IMG/VR virus record: IMGVR_UViG_3300025158_000018
Reading direction: 5' to 3' (one strand)
DNA length: 64,000 nt
Source: a virus
The notes under the pieces were generated by a model. It ran no database searches. It saw only the letters and a list, made by a program, of their open reading frames with translations, and had not been told where the DNA came from. Below are positions 9,193 to 18,177 of this stretch, piece after piece. Position 1 is the stretch's first letter, and each line of letters begins with the position of its first letter. The translations under genes and the position numbers were made by a program.

Positions 9193-9639
9193 TTAACAGT
9201 CGAACTTCTCCAAATATTCATTAATCGTTACGAATGCCGTACTGTACTTCTTCATTCTCTCGAAATCCTTTCCACGCAATCCTTTCAGCCGTGTTATGTC
9301 GGAATTATCTCTCAAGTCTTCTCGCTTTACCCTGAGCGCATCTTTATTGTGTTGCATGTCGGAGATATACTCTGAATAAGACTGACCCTCTTTGTGAGTC
9401 AACAGTCTCAGAGCATTGACAACCCTTGAACTGAAGCCTTCTCTTTCCAAGTCCTCAAAGGTCAAATCAGAATCTTCGACTGCATCGTGTAAAATAGCAA
9501 TGCACATTAGCTCTTCGTCATCTGTGCGAAGCCTCATGGCGATTCTCATTGGATGGAGAATGTATGCCTTGCCACCTTTGTCTCTTTGCCCTAGATGTGC
9601 CTGTGAGGCGAGCAGAACAGCCTTATCAAACATCATCAT
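9193..9639 (-). CDS. HD-domain hydrolase resembling RelA/SpoT-type (p)ppGpp hydrolase domain (small alarmone hydrolase-like)
   Basis: LASQAHLGQRDKGGKAYILHP .. AILHDAVED pattern typical of RSH hydrolase HD domain. Confidence 0.55.
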   Translation of the reverse strand: MMMFDKAVLLASQAHLGQRDKGGKAYILHPMRIAMRLRTDDEELMCIAILHDAVEDSDLTFEDLEREGFSSRVVNALRLLTHKEGQSYSEYISDMQHNKDALRVKREDLRDNSDITRLKGLRGKDFERMKKYSTAFVTINEYLEKFDC

Positions 9640-9808
9640 CTCCTACTGAAATGGTATAAACCCGATAGGTAATGTGCGGACCATGTTTAAGACTTTGGGC
9701 ATATTTTTCAGCCTTTATTCCATCGAAAAACGCCCTAGAATGTATATTGAGAACATCGTCGCCTTTGTACTCGTAATTGGGACAAACTATGTAGATTTCT
9801 TGTGTCAT
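9626..9808 (-). CDS. hypothetical small protein
   Basis: ORF. Confidence 0.3.
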   Translation of the reverse strand: MTQEIYIVCPNYEYKGDDVLNIHSRAFFDGIKAEKYAQSLKHGPHITYRVYTISVGDDDV

Positions 9809-9837
9809 GATATTTCTCCTTATTTACAGGTCCCCTT

Positions 9838-10126
9838 GACTTCTCCTCTTCCTTTAGGAAGAGGATTCTTGTTTCACAGTCCACTACATTGTTCTCTACA
9901 AGAACTTTAGATTTATGTCGGACTCCGCAAGCTATCCCCGTATGCCCCACGGTTCTTTTTTCTACCACTTTTAAGGCAGATGTTTTTTTACAATATTATT
10001 CAGCACTTGGTTCTCGATACTGAATATTTTATATTGTACCACTATCTAGTGTTTATGCCAAGTGGTGAAATTTTTAGAATTTGTCCCCTCCCTGAAGGAA
10101 GGGGTCTTCTTTGTTTTCTTGATAAA
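9838..10126. repeat. copy A of ~300-bp inverted repeat (partner at 49681..49986)
   Basis: reverse complement aligns at roughly 90-95% identity by eye to 49681..49986; includes hairpin cctcttcc-ttta-ggaagagg and 3' end of CDS 10074..10715. Confidence 0.75.
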
Positions 10127-10715
10127 CCATTTTGATTTTCTTCTTCAGTTCTGGAATGGTAATGCCCCGTTCGGCTCCTTTAAAGAAGAACCCGCGAAAG
10201 TCAGATTCGACAAACGATCCAATAGGTTTGACCGAATCTTCAACAACTACCCTACCATTAGCTACAGTGAACAACAGGATCGGCTTGGCGTCTTCTTCGC
10301 AGGTCTCCCCGTCAAACAGTTGGCAACGGAGATTTAGGAAAGGAAAAGCTTCAGCGATCAGTCCCCACTCGGCGGCAACAGCTTCTACATCAGGCCATTT
10401 TCCGATGTTCTTGTTGTTACAACCAATTGTACCATCCCAATCACACCAACCATTCGGACCGCCTATCCAACAACTCATGATACGTTCATTTGTCAGATAG
10501 TAGAGGTCGAGAACCTTGTAGGTTTCTCGATTCTTCTCGGATGCTTCGATCCATGAAATGCCATCATCACTTTCTTTTACAAGGGGGGAACAGACTCTGA
10601 ACTTGTTCCGAAAACTCTTGATCGTTACAACTCCATCGAAAGTTAGGAAGATTGGAATCGGTACGCAGAAGGATTTCCGCAGCCTGTTCTTCAGTAACGT
10701 TGTCACCCTGAACAA
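10074..10715 (-). CDS. hypothetical protein
   Basis: ORF; C-terminus lies inside repeat copy A. Confidence 0.5.
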   Translation of the reverse strand: MFRVTTLLKNRLRKSFCVPIPIFLTFDGVVTIKSFRNKFRVCSPLVKESDDGISWIEASEKNRETYKVLDLYYLTNERIMSCWIGGPNGWCDWDGTIGCNNKNIGKWPDVEAVAAEWGLIAEAFPFLNLRCQLFDGETCEEDAKPILLFTVANGRVVVEDSVKPIGSFVESDFRGFFFKGAERGITIPELKKKIKMVYQENKEDPFLQGGDKF

Positions 10716-10769
10716 TCATTCCGGGCCATTTGTTGGTAATCTCACGGGTATTCTTGAATGTCACGTTGT

Positions 10770-11069
10770 TCATATTTGTTCCTCATTATTCTCGAAAAAA
10801 GGCTTCTCCTTATCAATCATATCACCAATCAAAGAAATTTTTTCCTGATCAGAGTATGATTGTTCTGACAAAATTTGTTTTACGTTTTTCAGAACAGAGT
10901 TATATTGAGCCATTGTATCCTTGAGAGCAGCATTAAACAAAATCTCGGAAATCAATGAATTTAAAGTCATTCCCCTTCTGTCTGCTTCTTTCGCCAGCGT
11001 CAGAACGTCTTTGTCCTCAAGTTCAACTTCAATGTTGACATACCCGTCCGATTCATTTTGTATGCCCAT
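10770..11069 (-). CDS. ribbon-helix-helix (CopG/Arc-like) DNA-binding protein, putative
   Basis: N-terminal beta-strand plus helices VELEDKDVLTLAKEADRRGMTLNSLISEIL. Confidence 0.4.
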   Translation of the reverse strand: MGIQNESDGYVNIEVELEDKDVLTLAKEADRRGMTLNSLISEILFNAALKDTMAQYNSVLKNVKQILSEQSYSDQEKISLIGDMIDKEKPFFENNEEQI

Positions 11070-11217
11070 GTGTCTGTTCCTTTCGCATTACCTGATACTA
11101 ATTATACATTAACCCCGGAAGGTTCGTCAAGTCCTTCTACCCTATTTCCAACCACTTGCGGTGGATCATTACGGACCGTGGGCTAATACGGGCATAGTGA
11201 CGCGGGGTAAAATTTTA

Positions 11218-11400
11218 CTATGTGTTAACAAATGCTTCATGCAATACGACTGAATCCATTGAAGCAATAATTGCGCCTTTGTTGAATGCTTCGATCATTG
11301 CGTTATGAATATCGTCAAAATTCATATTGTCTTCTGAAATACCCCACTCCTTGAGTATTTCATCTACTGTCGTCACACACATTTTCATAATCTTCTCCAA
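11218..11400 (-). CDS. hypothetical small protein
   Basis: ORF. Confidence 0.3.
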   Translation of the reverse strand: MEKIMKMCVTTVDEILKEWGISEDNMNFDDIHNAMIEAFNKGAIIASMDSVVLHEAFVNT

Positions 11401-11411
11401 TGTATTTGAAA

Positions 11412-11488
11412 TGGTGGGACCGGGAGGACTCGAACCTCCAACCTGCCGATTATGAGTCGGACGCTCTAACCGATTGAGCTACGGTCCC
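11412..11488 (-). tRNA. tRNA with CAT anticodon; features favour tRNA-Ile2 (lysidine) over Met
   Basis: perfect acceptor gggaccg/cggtccc, D-arm like E. coli Ile2 as recalled, loop ctCATaa with A31-T39; TilS gene encoded at 14734..15378. Confidence 0.8.
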
Positions 11489-11608
11489 AAATCTTATCCA
11501 CCCACCCCAAATCCTGTTTTTGAATTATTCTCAAAGTAAAACATACACTCTTCCGTATGCCGGTCTTGACTTTGAGACAATGTTACTTTAGACCATCAAC
11601 ATGAGATC

Positions 11609-11636
11609 ATTATACCCTATTTATTACCCTTGTCAA
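11609..11636 (-). promoter_or_regulatory. sigma70-like promoter (TTGACA-16-TATAAT), ~115 nt upstream of tRNA 11412..11488
   Basis: minus strand ttgacaagggtaataaatagggtataat. Confidence 0.4.
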
Positions 11637-11654
11637 GAAGGAATCACTCAGCAA

Positions 11655-12062
11655 TTAATACGCTGCTAGACCCACTTTAAGTGAACCACCTGCCATCTTA
11701 GCCGCAACCTGATAAATTTGATCTAGGTTGATAAACTCCATTTGTTTACTGGTAATTGCGCAAGACCAACCAGTAAGATAACGAAAATTTTCATTACCGA
11801 CCTCTATTAAAACACAACAAGTGTCATCTGTCAAGTGCTTCTGAATAATATCTTGAATATCTACATCTACATAATCACCCAAGTCATCGTCGAAGTAATT
11901 GGCAGGAAAGTTCCCGTCTCCTGAAGAAAAAATCTTGACTTCGTTAGTTTCCTCGTCAACAACATGCAATTCAATGTCAAGAGAACCCATATCTTCAAAA
12001 AACTTATCTAGGTCTTTGACTTTGAACACATTACTACGACCCGTACCTTGCCAGTATGCCAT
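11655..12062 (-). CDS. hypothetical protein
   Basis: ORF. Confidence 0.45.
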   Translation of the reverse strand: MAYWQGTGRSNVFKVKDLDKFFEDMGSLDIELHVVDEETNEVKIFSSGDGNFPANYFDDDLGDYVDVDIQDIIQKHLTDDTCCVLIEVGNENFRYLTGWSCAITSKQMEFINLDQIYQVAAKMAGGSLKVGLAAY

Positions 12063-12096
12063 TGTTTTTCTCCTTTAAGTTGAAAATCTTCAAAGC

Positions 12097-12552
12097 TCAA
12101 TCATCCCCAGACTTGCAGAATTCGACAAATTCTGCAAGAGTTCCACTCCACTTGTTGCAAGTGATTTCCTCGACTCCCGCAACGAGAGCATTGTCTGGTT
12201 CCCGAAAATATACAGTATAGTCATAAGCTTGTGAGTCGCCCTCGTCAGTCATATACAAACCTCCGACACGATCCTTATTCTGGGCGATGAACTGGGCAAC
12301 CAAGCAGCCCGGTCCGTTCGCATGGGTTCCGAGGCGAGCATCTGAACCAATACCATGGATAATTTTGATACCAGACAAAAACTCTGCCAAAGTCACACCC
12401 ACACTATCGGGGTAACCATCATACTGCTGATAGACACTGGCAATATGGCGCACTTGGTATTCACTACGTTCTTTGAAATGAATTACACTAGGGGTTCCCA
12501 TTGTTTTCTCCTTTAATTTCGGGTTCATCCTTCTCAGTGTTGATTTCTTCAA
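12097..12552 (-). CDS. hypothetical protein
   Basis: ORF. Confidence 0.45.
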   Translation of the reverse strand: MKKSTLRRMNPKLKEKTMGTPSVIHFKERSEYQVRHIASVYQQYDGYPDSVGVTLAEFLSGIKIIHGIGSDARLGTHANGPGCLVAQFIAQNKDRVGGLYMTDEGDSQAYDYTVYFREPDNALVAGVEEITCNKWSGTLAEFVEFCKSGDD

Positions 12553-12892
12553 TCTGTTGATTCAACCATGATTCCAATAGTTCGAAACTCTTGCTACCAA
12601 CAGACTGTACATGTTCGCTGTTAACCATGTTGAGCGCACCTTCATAACCAAGCGCACCAGCAACAATAATAACGACACCTTCGCGGTCTGGTACGAATGT
12701 TTTTACCATAAGGCCACCAATCAAGAAAAATGAAAGAATGATCAGAGCACCCTTTTCCCACAAAGTTTTCATGAAAGTACGGCCCTTAAGATCACTAAAG
12801 ATAAGACTAAAAAGCAACAACGAAAGCAACGAAAACCCAGACACAGCAATCACGCCCGTTGCGACAGAACGAAAATTATCTACCATCGTCAA
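12488..12892 (-). CDS. hypothetical membrane protein
   Basis: two hydrophobic segments. Confidence 0.4.
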   Translation of the reverse strand: MTMVDNFRSVATGVIAVSGFSLLSLLLFSLIFSDLKGRTFMKTLWEKGALIILSFFLIGGLMVKTFVPDREGVVIIVAGALGYEGALNMVNSEHVQSVGSKSFELLESWLNQQIEEINTEKDEPEIKGENNGNP

Positions 12893-12967
12893 AATATATA
12901 AAGAAGAAATACTACAGAACCTGTGCTCATTTTTTATTACTCCTGTTTGGTTTGAGATTACAGTATA

Positions 12968-13414
12968 TCAGGAATTTTCCAGACTTTCAAGCTGTTTAAT
13001 CTTGAGAGCGAAAAGTTCTCGATACGATTCGGCTAAATGGTCCCATTCGGGCTTGTAATCCTCATGAATAATAGAATCCTGAGTAAAGAATTGACTGTGT
13101 GAATTATGCCATTCCCACTTGTAGTTATCCACATCAAGAACTTTTAACTGTTCCGGAACCTCACCAGTCCCCTTGTAATGTTCCAGATCGGAAAGAGTTG
13201 GCTGATAGTGAATGGCTGAAATCAGTTTGACAGCAGACGTTAGAAGGTCTGCGGTATCACGAAAAACCTTATCAGAGCAACCACAATCACCAAAAGCCCT
13301 ACGCGAATAGATACTTTCTGGCAACCATGTTGCGAGATCCAATCCTAAATTAGAAATGTCATCCATCTCCCGGACGATATCTCTCATTTGGTCGATGATG
13401 CTTAAATTAAACAT
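12968..13414 (-). CDS. hypothetical protein
   Basis: ORF. Confidence 0.45.
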   Translation of the reverse strand: MFNLSIIDQMRDIVREMDDISNLGLDLATWLPESIYSRRAFGDCGCSDKVFRDTADLLTSAVKLISAIHYQPTLSDLEHYKGTGEVPEQLKVLDVDNYKWEWHNSHSQFFTQDSIIHEDYKPEWDHLAESYRELFALKIKQLESLENS

Positions 13415-14049
13415 TACATTGTTCCTTGAATTTGACTTAGTAAAAGTTTTAATCTTCCAGATTCATCTTGAGACAATTCTTTGTTCTTTGCCCAATAGCC
13501 AACCGGAGGTTTAATGATTCCGTGTTTTTTACAATATTTACCTATGGCTGAATCTGATATACCCATAATACTAGCAAGATTTGAGGTGGATGTCAACCAA
13601 ATAAGTTCTTTCAAAACTTCAGGCTTTATACTTATTTTCCTTGAGGATTCTGCGGCACATCTTTTACTACAATATTTTTTTCTTTTTCTGGAATTTCTTT
13701 TAAATTTATTCCCACACATCTGACACACTGAGTGCTTTTCATTATCAGACATAAGTTCATATCCGTTTAGTGTAACGCCACGTTCTTCTATATGCCCTCT
13801 AGCATGCACCGAAATATCTGTTATTTCTAAATTATTGAGGCTGTTATTTTTCCTATTTCCGTCTTTGTGATGAACTACCTCTGTTGGTAGTAGATTTCTT
13901 TGAAGGCTTTCTGCAACAACATAGCGGTGATAATATAATTTTCCAGATTTGTTCGACATCGGGTGATAGGGAGCATACACCACCATGTACCCCAAATGTT
14001 TATCCTCCCAAACCCTAGTACTCTTTTCAAGTGCGATAAATTTCTTCAT
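13414..14049 (-). CDS. HNH endonuclease (HNH_3-type) with C-terminal Zn-ribbon/HTH region
   Basis: VVHHKDGNRKNNSLNNLE HNH motif; CQMCG..C..C; sits between tRNA-Arg and upstream genes. Confidence 0.7.
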   Translation of the reverse strand: MKKFIALEKSTRVWEDKHLGYMVVYAPYHPMSNKSGKLYYHRYVVAESLQRNLLPTEVVHHKDGNRKNNSLNNLEITDISVHARGHIEERGVTLNGYELMSDNEKHSVCQMCGNKFKRNSRKRKKYCSKRCAAESSRKISIKPEVLKELIWLTSTSNLASIMGISDSAIGKYCKKHGIIKPPVGYWAKNKELSQDESGRLKLLLSQIQGTM

Positions 14050-14106
14050 GAAGCCCTCTCGACTAACATACTTTTTATTTATATGTTAGTCGAGAGTTTG
14101 TAATAA

Positions 14107-14182
14107 TGGCACCCTCTACAGGACTCGAACCCATACTAAGGGAGTAGAAATCCCTTGTGCTATCCAGTTACACCAAAAGGGC
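14107..14182 (-). tRNA. tRNA-Arg (TCT)
   Basis: anticodon stem aggga/tccct, loop ttTCTac, T-loop TTCGAGT, CCA; TTGACA-17-TAGTAT promoter at 14193..14221 (minus). Confidence 0.85.
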
Positions 14183-14263
14183 TATTATTTTTATACTACC
14201 ACCAAGATCAAAACCTGTCAACTACTTAACGTTCTTCCATCAAAGAACAAAGTAGTAATCGTT

Positions 14264-14674
14264 TTAATTGTTTCTATCAACCCAATTTACAGTTGGACAA
14301 TACTTATTCTTCCAACCACTAATAGTTTCCCGGATGATTCCCGGTTCCGAATTAGTAGATTTTTCCCAAAGTTGGATACTGTACGCAAACCCCACACATG
14401 CCGCCATTGTTGTAATAATTATCCAGACAATTAACGCCCAAAGAGCGAACGTAAAGAAAATAAACGGGCCACCAAATAAAACCACCACCAACTGAATTGT
14501 TCCTAGGACGAACATTCCCGCCAATGTCCCAAATGCAATTAGACAGAAGGTTAATATGGCTAGGCGAGTCCATAGTTGGCAAAGATTGTTGATATAGTAC
14601 GGGTTGGCCGGTTCCCAGAACTCCCCATACCGATGCAAAAAAGAATAAACTTGGCTGTTCTTTGAAATGTTCAT
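14264..14674 (-). CDS. hypothetical membrane protein
   Basis: multiple hydrophobic helices. Confidence 0.45.
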   Translation of the reverse strand: MNISKNSQVYSFLHRYGEFWEPANPYYINNLCQLWTRLAILTFCLIAFGTLAGMFVLGTIQLVVVLFGGPFIFFTFALWALIVWIIITTMAACVGFAYSIQLWEKSTNSEPGIIRETISGWKNKYCPTVNWVDRNN

Positions 14675-14733
14675 TGTGTGTTCTCCTGTTAGTTTAATCG
14701 TATGGTTGATTGTGTCACGCTTTTATATTCTTG

Positions 14734-15378
14734 TCAACCACTTAACTGTATCAGTGAATTATACTGCTCTTGTACCTTCTTTGCAAGAACTTTATGAATT
14801 CCCGGATTGACTTCGAGAACCTTGGGGACAAGCTCATGACGAATCTTGTTTCGCATGAATCCAGTATTCTCGTTTGAAGGATCATTGATATAAGGAACAG
14901 AATTACGCTCTGCCCATTCCAAAATTTCTTCTTTCTTAGCCATCAACATAGGCCGAAAACAATTTCCCCGCATGTACGGAACGATCTTAGGTGTTCCGTG
15001 AAAACTGGAAAACAGCCAAGTTTCTAAAACATCATCAAGATGATGCGCCAGTAAAATAGGTTCCGGATATCCGTGTTTTTCTGCCCTGTCGAAAAATGAA
15101 TATCGACGTTCACGCCAGAAATCTTCTTTGGACCTCTTTTCGGGAACGGGATCACGAAGTTCATCAGAAATAAACCCCACGCCCAAGGATTCAGAAACAT
15201 TTTTGACGAAAGAAAAAGCGTCGTCGGCGTGTTCCGTCCCATGATGATAGTGCAACACATTGATCTTCCTACGACCGTTGATTAAAAAGTCAAGAAGGAC
15301 CATAGAATCTACCCCACCAGAAACCGCCACATTGACCCGTTCTGGGATTTCTCCCAACATTCTCATCACGGGAACCAC
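14734..15378 (-). CDS. tilS: tRNA(Ile)-lysidine synthetase, catalytic N-terminal PP-loop domain
   Basis: PP-loop VAVSGGVDSMVLL, LHYHHG, RRYSFF, LAHHLDDVLETWLF, FRPML..EIL.WA...VPYINDPSN...RNKIR collinear with E. coli TilS as recalled. Confidence 0.8.
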   Translation of the reverse strand: MVPVMRMLGEIPERVNVAVSGGVDSMVLLDFLINGRRKINVLHYHHGTEHADDAFSFVKNVSESLGVGFISDELRDPVPEKRSKEDFWRERRYSFFDRAEKHGYPEPILLAHHLDDVLETWLFSSFHGTPKIVPYMRGNCFRPMLMAKKEEILEWAERNSVPYINDPSNENTGFMRNKIRHELVPKVLEVNPGIHKVLAKKVQEQYNSLIQLSG

Positions 15379-15608
15379 TCGAACAAGATCATTCCCAGCA
15401 TGTGAAACCCCGAAAGAATGACAAAAACTACCGCGATGGTGCCCAAAATGCCAATGAGAACGCAGTATGCAAAGACGAAAAGAATTCCAATGTAGAACCG
15501 AAAAGTATCCGGGTCATCACCAAAGATAGCAATAACAATATCCACCGGCAACATGAATACAGTGATGAGGATTGAGGTCAAAGTGTAGGACACGCTGCTG
15601 TTTTCCAT
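15366..15608 (-). CDS. hypothetical membrane protein
   Basis: hydrophobic ORF. Confidence 0.4.
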   Translation of the reverse strand: MENSSVSYTLTSILITVFMLPVDIVIAIFGDDPDTFRFYIGILFVFAYCVLIGILGTIAVVFVILSGFHMLGMILFEWFP

Positions 15609-15669
15609 TTTAGTTCCTGTGAGTGAATTCTATAAGAGCATACTACCATGAAAAAATCGATATGTCAAA

Positions 15670-16245
15670 TTATAGAAGTGAACGGTTTTTGAATAGTCGT
15701 TGGAATTGTTGGAAATTTTCTTCTGTAATCATGTGAATTCTGGGGGGCTTGAACCAATAATCGAGACTGGATAGTGCAGCTTCATCATCTGCATAGTATT
15801 CTGACAGCCAGTTGTATACTGTAGAAGCGAACAAAATGCCGTGTCCCTCTTCTCGAATCTTACTCTTGCCCTTTAGGTCATAGTCAATAAAACATTCTAC
15901 CACGACATGAGCCAACTCGTGGAAGACGTATGACGGATACATCATGTTATGTTCCACCCAGATCAATCCATGTCTGGGTCCCAACGTCTTTCCCCAAGAA
16001 TAACTCATGGCAGACCGTGCTTCTGGGTATAACTGTTCGACTCTAACCCCACACTTTTGAGAGATAGAGCGAACAAGCTTAGAGGCTTCAGCTTGATTGA
16101 TCTCATACTCCCTCTTGTAGAAGGAGTCATGAAACCTAGTAAAGATGTCTTCCTGCCAGTCTATCTCTCGTGGAAACTTTGTTTTTTTCTGCGGATGGGA
16201 TTGATTCACGCTTTGTACAAACTTGAGTTGGTCAATCCACTGCAT
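15670..16245 (-). CDS. putative Zn-metallopeptidase-like protein (HExxH)
   Basis: YVFHELAHVV motif. Confidence 0.4.
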   Translation of the reverse strand: MQWIDQLKFVQSVNQSHPQKKTKFPREIDWQEDIFTRFHDSFYKREYEINQAEASKLVRSISQKCGVRVEQLYPEARSAMSYSWGKTLGPRHGLIWVEHNMMYPSYVFHELAHVVVECFIDYDLKGKSKIREEGHGILFASTVYNWLSEYYADDEAALSSLDYWFKPPRIHMITEENFQQFQRLFKNRSLL

Positions 16246-16726
16246 CTTTCGGTCGATATTCCTCTATAGTTTTCTCACAGAAGCCATACACATCCCGCGA
16301 GTACTTGATAATGGTACTGATATGTGTCCAATCATCATGCAAATGATCGATGTTCATATACGCCAACCGTGTCAGTGTCAGACAGGACCTCCACTTAAGA
16401 ACATCCACAGGATTGTCCCCGAAGATGTACTCAAGGTCCATATGAACGCTGGTGCGATACGCAGTGTCCACCGCCTTGATCATCGTGAAGATGTTCCGCC
16501 GAAAATTCTGGTTCTGTAGGAACAACATGTAGGTGTCCAGATCGATAGCGTAGTGCTTCGCCCTTTCACTGCTCCCCAATCCGGGAATGTTAGGAAAAAA
16601 ATACCAACACCAATGGGTTTCCTTTCGACCTTGAACTGAAATCTCGAATAGAGCATTGGTAAGATGTTTTTTCTGCATTCTAGTGTAATCATCTAGAAGT
16701 CTTGCTTTGTCACCATTCTGGATCAT
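16232..16726 (-). CDS. DUF1810-like protein
   Basis: HWCWYFFPNIPGLGSSERAKHYAI resembles DUF1810 signature as recalled. Confidence 0.45.
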   Translation of the reverse strand: MIQNGDKARLLDDYTRMQKKHLTNALFEISVQGRKETHWCWYFFPNIPGLGSSERAKHYAIDLDTYMLFLQNQNFRRNIFTMIKAVDTAYRTSVHMDLEYIFGDNPVDVLKWRSCLTLTRLAYMNIDHLHDDWTHISTIIKYSRDVYGFCEKTIEEYRPKDAVD

Positions 16727-17363
16727 ACGTATAACCTCGGTTGATAATTTTTTCGAAACAATCTTTTAGTGAAGTCGGAGGACAGTCCTGAGACATAGAA
16801 CTGTAACTTAGTTTACCTAGCATCCACTCGTCTTTATCACGATCCAGCATGATCAGGTAATTCACTCCGGAAGCAAATCCGTCGTTCGTATACAATGTGA
16901 TCCCAACACCTTTACGATTTTTACACCCAACCTTGTGGGTAAGTTCGTAGTTGTCGAGAAGCATATTCAACGATTTTTCGAATTCTTCAAAACTGGTATT
17001 CTTTCTTACACGAATTTCCATCCCGTATGTTTTTTGTTGATTCATGTGGTCATAATACGACACAAAGTCGTTAAAGACCGTAGAAGGTAAATTGTACTTG
17101 GCATTTGGCCACGAATTATAAACCTTTTGTGTTACTGCCGCATCGTTGTCTTTTTTCTTACACCACCACAACCAATCCAAAACATCTTTGGTGGTATGTA
17201 CGTCAGGGTCAAACATGACGTTGTGCTTGCGATCCACCAGAGCAACCACGTTACCGGGCATCCCTTCGTCCAAATACTTTTGAAATTTTTCACGCAACGC
17301 ATCCAGATTTTTCCTGTCAGAACTTTGAATCTTTCTGGATCGGGAATATTTCCCGAAATCCAT
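16710..17363 (-). CDS. hypothetical protein
   Basis: ORF. Confidence 0.5.
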   Translation of the reverse strand: MDFGKYSRSRKIQSSDRKNLDALREKFQKYLDEGMPGNVVALVDRKHNVMFDPDVHTTKDVLDWLWWCKKKDNDAAVTQKVYNSWPNAKYNLPSTVFNDFVSYYDHMNQQKTYGMEIRVRKNTSFEEFEKSLNMLLDNYELTHKVGCKNRKGVGITLYTNDGFASGVNYLIMLDRDKDEWMLGKLSYSSMSQDCPPTSLKDCFEKIINRGYTYDPEW

Positions 17364-17548
17364 TCTCGTGCTTCCTTCGCACTAGGGAATTCCGTAGCAG
17401 AATTCAACAAAAAAAACATAATTTGCGCCGTTTTTGGTTAGTCGAATGAACATGCCAAATTTTGTAAGACCATCTACTTGAATGATTGCTTTCATGTGAG
17501 TATTCTATCCTATGGAAAGGGTCTTGTCAACCCCCATGTTAGAAAATT

Positions 17549-17622
17549 TGGTACCTCGTGACAGAATCGAACTGCCGTCATCGCTGTGTAAGAGCGTGGT
17601 TCTTCCATTGAACTAACGAGGC
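17549..17622 (-). tRNA. tRNA-Val (TAC)
   Basis: acceptor gcctcgt/acgaggt, D-stem gttc/gaac, loop ctTACac, T-arm ggcag-TTCGATT-ctgtc, CCA; missed by my first pass, found by T-loop scan. Confidence 0.75.
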
Positions 17623-17629
17623 ATTGTTT

Positions 17630-17714
17630 TGGTGCCGAGGGTAGGATTTGAACCTACGGTGTGGAATACTGGGTTACAAAGCCAGTGCAATCGACCAGAC
17701 TATGCGACCTCGGC
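17630..17714 (-). tRNA. tRNA, probably Thr (TGT); unusual 10-11 nt variable region or 9-nt anticodon loop
   Basis: acceptor gccgagg/cctcggc, T-arm gtagg-TTCAAAT-cctac, CCA; anticodon arm folds as ctggc-tttgtaa-cccag (one mismatch) or actgg-9nt-ccagt; TATAAATA 13 nt upstream. Confidence 0.6.
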
Positions 17715-17904
17715 GTATAACATTTTTATTTATAGGGTGAAGTATAAACGACCTATCGCCCAGAGACTACCTAGCATAAGCAATAAGAACAATCCTGGTA
17801 CCCAATTGTCTGTTACAGATTGAATCATAGCTTTCATGTGACTTCCTTTAGTGTGTAAGCACCTATTTATTATACTCAAAAAATTAGAGCGGTCACACTA
17901 AGTT

Positions 17905-18066
17905 TCAGTCCCAATTAGTATCGTGTCTGGATTCAAATTGTTCTTCCATCTCAAGCTCAATCTGATCGATTTGATCTTCCAGAGCTTCGATTGCTTCTTC
18001 GTCACCGTCCCTACGGGCATTTGCCAATTGACGGGTGAGGGAAGCGAGACGTTGTTCAAGCTTCAT
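17905..18066 (-). CDS. hypothetical small acidic protein (53 aa)
   Basis: ATG..TGA ORF MKLEQRLASLTRQLANARRDGDEEAIEALEDQIDQIELEMEEQFESRHDTNWD; below track cutoff. Confidence 0.3.
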   Translation of the reverse strand: MKLEQRLASLTRQLANARRDGDEEAIEALEDQIDQIELEMEEQFESRHDTNWD

Positions 18067-18177
18067 GATTTTCCTTTCCTTGGTTCATATTAGTATAGTA
18101 TACACTTTTTGCCGTCATGTCAAGAGAAAAAGGGCGGGATGACCCGCCCAAATCTCTGTCTCACGACACACAGGAAC

